Source of the DNA: Brachymonas sp. | Lineage (GTDB): Bacteria; Pseudomonadota; Gammaproteobacteria; Burkholderiales; Burkholderiaceae_C | Direction of reading: 5' to 3' | DNA length: 32,000 bases | Assembly: GCA_030529505.1 (NCBI GenBank) | Contig: JAUMWT010000012.1 | Coordinates: 16,001-48,000 of the forward strand | Notes under the pieces: generated by a model | Databases searched by the model: none | What the model saw: the letters and a program-made list of their open reading frames with translations, nothing else | Told to the model about the DNA's origin: nothing | In this document: positions 25,045 to 32,000 of the stretch, piece after piece | Layout: each line of letters opens with the position of its first letter | Numbering within the stretch: the stretch's first letter is position 1 | Made by a program: the position numbers and the translations under genes

Positions 25045-25137
25045 TTTATTTTTTCCAATTTCAATAAAAACACATAAATTCAATTTTGTAGGCCATAGAC
25101 TTTTAGTCTAACTTGCTCAATTTATTGATTATTTATT

Positions 25138-25608
25138 TCACTGCTCAAACAGCTCCACCACATATCCAACCGACCTATCCCTTTCCATCAACTTCGGCTG
25201 GCAAACCTCCACCAACGAACAGGCTTTACAACGTTTGCCGTATTCCGGTGGCGGGGTGATGCCGCTTTCCAGAAGTTCGCGTACCTGACGGATAACGTCC
25301 AGCGTCTGCGCCCTAAGGCCGTCTGAAAACACTACTGGCACGCGGTGGTGGGTTTGCATCTACCACAATGCGCCCTCTGCCACCGTTTGCCCGGTCATTT
25401 CCTCCAAGCACATGGCTTGGGCGCAGAGCTGGATTTCGTCGAAGGGCTCGGGCTTTGGTTTGCCGTGTTTGTATTCCACAGGTTTCAGGTAGCTCGTTTT
25501 TGTATCGCGCTCGAGCATATCCAGCACACCGTGCATGCTTAAGTTTTCTGCCGACGCATATGGCAGTACTTGAGGTGCTGCAAATCTCTTGGAGCGAGTG
25601 TGCCGCCT
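25138..25608 (-). pseudogene. cas4: cas4 remnant (5'-truncated, in-frame TAG)
   Basis: A single minus-strand frame gives ...[87 protein letters not shown]...KRCKACSLVEVCQPK. This has the RecB-like VEYKxG and QLCAQAxCLEEM motifs and the C-terminal CX2CX5C cluster of Cas4. TAG at 25360-25362. The N-terminal ~45 aa are missing, and the frame abuts the sixA stop codon. Confidence 0.75.
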
Positions 25609-26202
25609 TCACAGCATCTGCGGATTGAGCACCGCCACCAATACTACTTGCGATTGGCCGTTGCGTACGCGGCGGCGCAGCCACCAGAGCGCGCCTTTTT
25701 TGATGGCGCAGGGGGCTTGCATTTGCAGCAGTTGCTGGGCGACGAGGCCCAGTGTGGGTTGGTGGCCCACGATGAGCGCGGCGCGTTTGTTTTTGGTTTT
25801 TTTGCCAGCGGCGGTTTCTGGCCCTGCCTCGGTTTCGGCCTCGGCTTCAATTTTCCCCAGAGCCTGCTGCGTTTGATCGTCAACGACATCGGCGTTTATG
25901 CCTTGATTTTCAGTCGCGTCATCGCTGGGCCATTGGGCGGCTTGCAGCAGGTCTTGCACGCTGGCGTTGGGGGCGATGCGTGGGCAGATTTCGTAGTCCG
26001 TGTGAGTAAGGTGCTGCACCGTTTGGCGGGTGCGCAGGGCAGGGCTGCACAGGATGCGGGTGTGCGCGGGCAGATGGCGCTTGAGCCACGCGGCCATGCG
26101 CTCGGCCTGGGCTTCGCCGTGCTGGGTGAGGGGACGCTGCAAGTCGTCCAGCGTGCTGTTGACGTCAACGGCCTGGGCGTGGCGCCATAAGAGCAGATCC
26201 AT
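25609..26202 (-). CDS. sixA: Phosphohistidine phosphatase SixA-like (histidine phosphatase superfamily)
   Basis: 197 aa from ATG 26202 (GGAGG 8 nt upstream; the track ORF extends to 26466). N-terminal LLLWRHAQA (RH catalytic motif), ...LIVGHQPTLG. ~45-aa acidic insert. Confidence 0.7.
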   Translation of the reverse strand: MDLLLWRHAQAVDVNSTLDDLQRPLTQHGEAQAERMAAWLKRHLPAHTRILCSPALRTRQTVQHLTHTDYEICPRIAPNASVQDLLQAAQWPSDDATENQGINADVVDDQTQQALGKIEAEAETEAGPETAAGKKTKNKRAALIVGHQPTLGLVAQQLLQMQAPCAIKKGALWWLRRRVRNGQSQVVLVAVLNPQML

Positions 26203-26419
26203 GCGGGGAACCTCCGGTGGTGTGGGCAAAAACTGGTGAAAAGGGTGGGCAAGGGAATGGACCAGCCGTTGCGAACCATTGCACAAGTGATGGTGTTTGG
26301 CAAACCGCGAAGTGGTGCGCGATGTTGGCTGGGCAATGGAGCTGTTTGTGCGGCTTGGATGCATTTGCCGCCGTGCCGCGCTGCTGCATTGCCGAGCCGC
26401 CCGTCGCTGCGGGCTCATG

Positions 26420-28534
26420 CTATGCGCTTGTCGCTGCGGCGGATCCAGCAACAGAAGGCGGCGCATCGATGTTGCGGTAGCGCAGCATCAGGGCCTGTTG
26501 CGCATTGCGTGGCGAGTCGATGGGGGCGGTGGGGCGCTGGTAATTGCCGTCGGCTGGCCCATCGGTGGGCTCGCCCGCCTGCATTTGCCAGGCCAGGGCT
26601 TCGTCGTGCAGATAGGCCAGCAGGCATTCGTCGATGATGCGCTGGCGCAGGGCAGGGTCGGTTACGGGCCAAGCCACTTCGATGCGGCGCAGCATGTTGC
26701 GGTTCATCCAGTCGGCGCTGGACAGATACAGGTGCTCGGTGCCTGCAATGTCGAAGTAGTACACGCGCGAATGTTCGAGCAGGCGGCCGATGATGGATCG
26801 CACGCGGATGTTGTGGGTGACGCCCGCCAGTTGCGCGGGCAGCATGCAGGCGCCGCGCACGATGAGGTCGATTTGCGCGCCTTTTTGCCCGGCGTCGATC
26901 AGGGCGCGGATCAGGGCCTCGTCGGTGAGCGCATTCATCTTGGCCACGATGCGCCCGCGTTGGCCCGCAGCGGCGGCACGCCCCGCTTGCTGGATGAGGC
27001 GCAGCATGGTGTTTTGCAGGCCATAGGGCGCCATGAGCAGGCGCGACAGGCGCGGGATGTTGCTTTGGCTGGCCAGGTGGGCGAAGACTTTTTGCATGTC
27101 GCCCGTGAGGGTGTCGTTGGCCGTGAAGTAGCTCAGATCGGTGTAGATGCGCGCGGTGCGCGGGCTGTAGTTGCCGGTGGACAAATGCCCGTAGCGCTTG
27201 AGGCGGCGGCCCTCGCGCCGGGTGATCAGCAGCATCTTGGCGTGGGTTTTGAGGCCCAGCACGCCGTACACCACTTGCGCGCCCACGGCTTCGAGCTGTT
27301 CCGACCAGTTGATGTTGGCTTCTTCGTCGAAGCGGGCTTTGAGCTCCACCAGCGCCGTGACCTCTTTGCCACGGCGGAAGGCTTCGCTCAGCAAGTCGAT
27401 GAGCACAGGCGAGGAGCCCGTGCGGTAAATGGTCTGCTTGATGGAAACGACTTGCGGATCGTTCACGGCTTCGCGCAGCAGGTCGATCACGGGGTCGAAG
27501 CTCTCGAACGGCTGGTGCACCAGCACATCGCCCTCACGCATGCGCGCAAACAGCGAGGGCTGCCCCTGCAGAGCCAGCGGGTACACGGGCCGGAAGGGCG
27601 GGAACATCAGCTCGGGCCGGTTAACCAGATCGATCAGCATGCCGATGCGCACCAGGTTGACCGGGCCGTGCACACGGTACAAGGCTTGCGGCGGCACTTC
27701 GAACTGGCGGCAGAGCAGGGTGGCGAATTCTTCCGAGCAGCTGGAGGAGACCTCGATGCGCACCGCGCGGCCATAGTGGCGCTGTTGCAGGCCCTCGCGC
27801 ATGGCTGCGAGCAGATTGTCGGCATCGTCTTCGTCCACCGCCAGGTCGGAATGGCGCGTGACGCGGAATTGCGAAAGCTGCTCGATGCTGCGGTTGGGAA
27901 AGAGTTCGGCCAAATGGGTGCGCAATACGCTGGGCAGCGACACCAGCAGGTTCTGCCCATTGCACAGGGCCGGCGGCAAATGCAGCAGGCGCGGCAGCAC
28001 GCGCGGCACCTTGATGATGGCGATGCTGTTGGAGCGCCCCAGCGCATCTTGCCCGCCGAGCTTGACGATGAAGTTCAGCGATTTGTTCGCCACCTGCGGA
28101 AAAGGGTGGGCCGGATCCAGGCTGATGGGCAGCAGCAGCGGCATCACCTCGCGCCGGAAGTAGTTGCTGACCCAGCGGCGCTGCTCGGGCGTGCGATCCA
28201 CATGCGGCACGATGCGAATGCCCTGCGCCTCCATCGCCAGATGCAGTTGGTGCAGGATGTCGTACTGCCGCTCGACCAGGGCGTGCGCCTTGGCATTCAC
28301 CTGCAAAAAGACCTGCTCGGTGAATTCGCCTGTTTGAATGTGCTCTTGCGCGGCCTCCAGCAGATTGGCCATGCGCACCTCGAAGTATTCGTCGAGGTTG
28401 GAAGAAACGATCGAGAGGTAGCGCAGCCGTTCCAGCAGCGGCACTTCTTCACGCGCGGCCCAATCCAGCACCCTTTCGTTGAAAGCCAGAATGCTCAAAT
28501 CGCGATTGATGAGTGGGGGCTGGATGCTGCTCAT
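26420..28534 (-). CDS. ppk: Polyphosphate kinase 1
   Basis: 704 aa. N-terminal INRDLSILAFNERVLDWA is typical of PPK1, and both PLD-like C-terminal domains are present. Ends at TAG. Confidence 0.95.
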   Translation of the reverse strand: MSSIQPPLINRDLSILAFNERVLDWAAREEVPLLERLRYLSIVSSNLDEYFEVRMANLLEAAQEHIQTGEFTEQVFLQVNAKAHALVERQYDILHQLHLAMEAQGIRIVPHVDRTPEQRRWVSNYFRREVMPLLLPISLDPAHPFPQVANKSLNFIVKLGGQDALGRSNSIAIIKVPRVLPRLLHLPPALCNGQNLLVSLPSVLRTHLAELFPNRSIEQLSQFRVTRHSDLAVDEDDADNLLAAMREGLQQRHYGRAVRIEVSSSCSEEFATLLCRQFEVPPQALYRVHGPVNLVRIGMLIDLVNRPELMFPPFRPVYPLALQGQPSLFARMREGDVLVHQPFESFDPVIDLLREAVNDPQVVSIKQTIYRTGSSPVLIDLLSEAFRRGKEVTALVELKARFDEEANINWSEQLEAVGAQVVYGVLGLKTHAKMLLITRREGRRLKRYGHLSTGNYSPRTARIYTDLSYFTANDTLTGDMQKVFAHLASQSNIPRLSRLLMAPYGLQNTMLRLIQQAGRAAAAGQRGRIVAKMNALTDEALIRALIDAGQKGAQIDLIVRGACMLPAQLAGVTHNIRVRSIIGRLLEHSRVYYFDIAGTEHLYLSSADWMNRNMLRRIEVAWPVTDPALRQRIIDECLLAYLHDEALAWQMQAGEPTDGPADGNYQRPTAPIDSPRNAQQALMLRYRNIDAPPSVAGSAAATSA

Positions 28535-28921
28535 GGAGGGGCATTAAGAGTGAATGAAACAGGCAAGCTTACAACGGGCCATCGCCCGACCCGCCTCTGA
28601 ACCCGGTGTGCGGGTGTGCCACAGTGTTTCTGTTTGTAGTGTTCGTATCCAATGAGCGGCTTGGCATCTGGGCGACCAAAGGCGTTCTGGCCGAGCGGTT
28701 TGCTGCACGCATATGCCTTCATGTATCTGGCTGCCGCCTTGCCAGCCTTGGCTTCATGCGGTTTGATCCAAGGCAGAGCGGCACGGGCGCTATGTGGTGA
28801 GTTCACTTCAGCGCGTAACAGGCAAAGGGCCATTGCCCTGAAAAAGTGTATTTATCGAAGCAATTTGTATAACATTCGCATCGTGTTTCATATAAACGTG
28901 CCTTGAACCAGAGTGGTCGCT

Positions 28922-29410
28922 ATGAGTCTTCACCCCTTGCGTTTTGCTTCTTTCTTCTACCAAGCTGCGGCTTGTCTGGGCCTGCTGCTGGGTTGCGCAG
29001 CCGCTGCCCATGCCGGCTCGGCCGAATCGTTCAACGACCCCGCGCCGCCTGTGCAGCAGGTGCTGCCGCGGCATTTCCCTGATACGGCCGACAAGGGCCA
29101 CATGCGCTTTGTCGATCCGCCCGAGGTCGTGCTGGACGGCGTGCGCATGCGCATTTCGCCCGGCGCGCGCATCAGGGACGAGCGCAACATGATGCTGCAC
29201 ATGACGCAACTCAAGGGCAAAGCCGCCCACGTGATGTACGTGCGCGATGCCATGCAGCAGGTGGGCGATATCTGGATCCTGAGCGATTACGAAAAGAGCC
29301 AGCTCTCGCCCAAGCAAAAGCGCGATCATTTGCTGCGCCTGGATGGTTACGACCCCTCCAGGCACAAATTCGATCCCATGCTGCCCTACAACCAGCAGCC
29401 CAAATATTGA
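28922..29410 (+). CDS. Secreted hypothetical protein
   Basis: 162 aa from ATG 28922 (the track ORF starts at GTG 28913). Signal peptide ...LLLGCAAAAHA. No recognised motif. Confidence 0.6.
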   Translation: MSLHPLRFASFFYQAAACLGLLLGCAAAAHAGSAESFNDPAPPVQQVLPRHFPDTADKGHMRFVDPPEVVLDGVRMRISPGARIRDERNMMLHMTQLKGKAAHVMYVRDAMQQVGDIWILSDYEKSQLSPKQKRDHLLRLDGYDPSRHKFDPMLPYNQQPKY

Positions 29411-29705
29411 GGCTCGCCATTGATGACCCTGATATGGGATCGATGGTCGTTGCGCGCCTTGGGGCGTGTTGAAGATAATGCGCCCCACGGCGCACCATCA
29501 TTTGCATCGTTTTTTCCTGGCGCCCCGCACACTGCGTGCCGGGCTCCTTGTTTTTTTGATTGAACTTTTCCGTGCGGGCCACCTTTGGCCGTTGCCTGGC
29601 TGCTTGTGCCCCAGGCATTGCCCAAGGTGCGCATGGGTGTGATCAAGGCCGATGCCTGTTTGCCCCTTTTTGCCCCGACGAAAAGCCGTTTTGCCTTGCC
29701 GACCC

Positions 29706-31067
29706 ATGAGCTCTGCCGTTTCCGACAAACCGCGTAAAAAAGTCTTCATCAAAACCTTCGGCTGCCAGATGAATGAGTACGACTCGGCCAAGATGAGCGA
29801 TGTGCTGGGCGCGGCCGAGGGCTACGAACCCACCGACGATCCTGAGCAGGCCGACCTGATCCTGTTCAACACCTGCTCGGTGCGCGAGAAGGCGCAGGAA
29901 AAGGTCTTCAGCGACCTGGGCCGCATCAAGCACCTGAAAGAAAAAGGCGTGCTGATCGGCGTGGGCGGCTGCGTGGCCAGCCAGGAAGGTGAAGAGATCA
30001 TCAAGCGCGCCCCCTTTGTGGACGTGGTGTTTGGCCCGCAGACCCTGCACCGCCTGCCCGAGCTGCTGGCTGCGCGTGCCGAAGAACAGCGCCCGCAAGT
30101 GGACATTCGCTTCCCCGAAATCGAAAAGTTCGACCACCTGCCGCCCGCGCGGGTCGAGGGGGCCAGCGCCTTCGTTTCCATCATGGAAGGCTGCTCCAAA
30201 TACTGCAGCTACTGCGTGGTGCCTTACACGCGCGGCGAAGAGTTCAGTCGCCCGTTCGAGGACGTGTTGACCGAAGTCGCCGGCCTGGCCGACCAGGGCG
30301 TGAAGGAGATCACCCTGCTGGGCCAGAACGTCAACGCCTACCGTGGCCAGATGGGCGGCACCGACGAGATCGCCGACTTTGCCATGCTGATTGAGTATGT
30401 GGCCGAAATTCCGGGCATCGAGCGCATCCGCTACACCACCAGCCACCCCAACGAATTCACCCAGCGCCTGATCGAGGCGTACGGCAAGGTGCCGCAGCTG
30501 GTGAGCCATCTGCACCTGCCGGTGCAGCATGGCTCGGATCGCATCCTCATGGCCATGAAGCGCGGCTACACCGCCATGGAATACAAGAGCATCATCCGCA
30601 AGCTGCGTGCCGTGCGGCCGGAGATCAGTCTCTCCAGCGATTTCATTGTCGGCTTTCCGGGCGAAACGGATGAAGACTTCGCCAAGATGATGAAGCTGAT
30701 CGACGACGTGGGCTACGACGCCTCGTTCAGCTTCATTTTCAGCCCGCGCCCCGGCACGCCCGCCGCCAACCTGCACGACGACACGCCGCACGAAGTCAAG
30801 CTCAAGCGCCTGCAGCACCTGCAAGCCGGGCTGGACGAGAGCGTGCGCCGCATCAGCCAGTCGCGCCTGGGCACCGTGCAGCGCATTCTGGTGGAAGGCC
30901 CCTCGCGCAAGAACCCGGCCGAGCTGATGGGTCGCACCGAATGCAACCGCATCGTCAACTTCAACGGCGGCCCCCACAGCCAGCGCCTGATTGGGCAGAT
31001 GATCGACGTGACCATCACCGAAGCCCTGCCGCACTCGCTGCGCGCCGAGGTGTTGGTGAAGGGCTGA
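29706..31067 (+). CDS. miaB: tRNA-2-methylthio-N6-dimethylallyladenosine synthase
   Basis: 453 aa from ATG 29706 (the track ORF starts at 29652). N-terminal [14 protein letters not shown], radical-SAM CSKYCSYC, C-terminal TRAM domain. Confidence 0.95.
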   Translation: MSSAVSDKPRKKVFIKTFGCQMNEYDSAKMSDVLGAAEGYEPTDDPEQADLILFNTCSVREKAQEKVFSDLGRIKHLKEKGVLIGVGGCVASQEGEEIIKRAPFVDVVFGPQTLHRLPELLAARAEEQRPQVDIRFPEIEKFDHLPPARVEGASAFVSIMEGCSKYCSYCVVPYTRGEEFSRPFEDVLTEVAGLADQGVKEITLLGQNVNAYRGQMGGTDEIADFAMLIEYVAEIPGIERIRYTTSHPNEFTQRLIEAYGKVPQLVSHLHLPVQHGSDRILMAMKRGYTAMEYKSIIRKLRAVRPEISLSSDFIVGFPGETDEDFAKMMKLIDDVGYDASFSFIFSPRPGTPAANLHDDTPHEVKLKRLQHLQAGLDESVRRISQSRLGTVQRILVEGPSRKNPAELMGRTECNRIVNFNGGPHSQRLIGQMIDVTITEALPHSLRAEVLVKG

Positions 31068-31468
31068 GCAACTGCGCCACCTCCTGAGCATTTGCCACGG
31101 GAGCCTGAATTTGTAGTGAGCTGTGACAACAGGGCAGGTAGGCGGACATTGCACCGTTTGTGCCGGGGAGCAGGGTGTGGGCCATCTCTTTACCGTGGGA
31201 AGCGGTGGGGATTGGGCGCCTCGCTCCACTCCTTGCGCCATCGTGTGGCGATGATGGTTTTGACTGGGTTCTGCGATCGGCGGCCAAGGCTTCTACCCAG
31301 TCGTCACGGGGAGGCGCTTGCTTCTGCTTGGCTTGTACGCTTTCGCGGCCAAGTGCTTGCGTTGCAGCGTGCGTCAGGGCCTGTTGTTATGTTGTTATAG
31401 AGGCCGTCAAACATGAGCAATTGATGTGCGCTCTTGAAATGTGAGCTGTTGTTATCATTGCGCCCCTT

Positions 31469-32000
31469 ATGAACAGAACGGATACGCCCCCGCTTGCGCC
31501 GCCTGCCCCGCAGGCTGCGCCATTGCTTGAGCTGCGCCAGGTGCAGTTCAGCTACAACGCGGGTGGGCGGGCCATTCTGGACGACTTCTCGCTCACCGTG
31601 CCGCGCGGCACGGTCACGGCCATCATGGGCGCTTCGGGCGGCGGCAAAACGACGGTGCTGCGCCTGATTGGCGGCCAGCAAAAAGCCACGCAAGGCCAGG
31701 TGTTGTTTGACGGGCAAGACATGGGCGCGGCCACGCCAACGCAGATTTATGCCGCGCGCCGCCGCATGGGCATGCTGTTTCAGTTCGGCGCCTTGTTCAC
31801 CGACATGAATGTGTTCGACAACGTGGCTTTTCCGCTGCGCGAGCACACCGATTTGTCGCCCGGCATGATTCGCGACATCGTGCTGATGAAGCTGCATACT
31901 GTGGGCCTGCGTGGCGCGCGCGATTTGATGCCCAGCGAAATCTCCGGCGGCATGGCGCGGCGCGTGGCCCTGGCGCGCGCCATTGCGCTCGACCCCGAAT
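31469..32000 (+). CDS. mlaF: Phospholipid (Mla) ABC transporter ATP-binding protein, 3'-partial at window edge
   Basis: Not in the ORF track because it runs off the window. ATG 31469. Walker A GASGGGKTT. MGMLFQFGALFTDMNVFDNVAFPLREHT and the signature SEISGGMARRVALARAIALDPE closely resemble MlaF as I recall it. Confidence 0.85.
   Translation, partial: MNRTDTPPLAPPAPQAAPLLELRQVQFSYNAGGRAILDDFSLTVPRGTVTAIMGASGGGKTTVLRLIGGQQKATQGQVLFDGQDMGAATPTQIYAARRRMGMLFQFGALFTDMNVFDNVAFPLREHTDLSPGMIRDIVLMKLHTVGLRGARDLMPSEISGGMARRVALARAIALDPE

Noticed and set aside
23654-25608. Search for CRISPR repeat-spacer units or a cas2 gene next to the cas1/cas4 remnants
   Set aside because: I found no repeated 25-40 nt unit and no Cas2-like small ORF. 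The cas1 remnant ends ~30 nt from lpxH, so no CRISPR feature is reported.
26297-28600. 767-aa ORF on the plus strand
   Set aside because: Antisense shadow of ppk, which has a clear PPK1 N-terminus and length.
28535-28620. Possible Pho box upstream of ppk (ctgtttcattcactcttaat on the minus strand)
   Set aside because: It is only a loose resemblance to the CTGTCAT-N4-CTGTCAT consensus, which is not enough to call.
29643-31241. 532-aa ORF on the minus strand
   Set aside because: Antisense shadow of miaB (radical-SAM CxxxCxxC and the FGCQMN motif are on the plus strand).

Overview
High-GC proteobacterial chromosome. The gene order (lepA-lepB-DUF4845-rnc-era, accA-tilS, cysS, ppiA-ppiB-lpxH, ppk, miaB, mlaF) looks like Burkholderiales/Comamonadaceae, but that is inference only. 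Two accessory regions interrupt the housekeeping backbone.

(1) Prophage, about 6.4-14.5 kb. This is an ~8.1 kb filamentous (Inovirus-type) prophage inserted at the 3' end of a tRNA-Ser(GCU) gene. It has the canonical module rep - ssDNA-binding - micro-ORFs - major coat - pIII-like - pVI-like - Zot ATPase. It also carries a small resolvase-type serine recombinase, an overlapping two-gene cassette of unknown function, a secreted DUF4124-like protein and an HTH regulator.
- The layout matches what I recall for Ralstonia phiRSM-type inoviruses (serine recombinase, 13-bp att core at a tRNA-Ser 3' end).
- An in-frame TAG separates the pIII-like ectodomain from its C-terminal membrane anchor.
- The recombinase HTH domain is out of frame and also carries an in-frame TAG.
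- Att-like scars plus a ~60-bp copy of the prophage right end lie left of attL, suggesting a remnant of an earlier element.

(2) Decayed CRISPR-Cas adaptation module, about 23.7-25.6 kb, between lpxH and sixA. It consists of a truncated cas4 with an in-frame TAG and a frameshifted, truncated cas1, with no cas2 and no array. A strikingly AT-rich ~0.9 kb insertion splits it exactly at the cas4/cas1 junction. The insertion carries one intact orphan ORF of 234-247 aa that I cannot assign to any family, and I rank it as the best candidate for something undescribed.

I also saw a 162-bp palindromic element with 18-bp perfect terminal inverted repeats in the ppiB-lpxH spacer. Many long ORFs in the six-frame track are antisense shadows of real genes in GC-rich DNA and were rejected. 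All family assignments come from motifs I recognise by eye; no database search was run.
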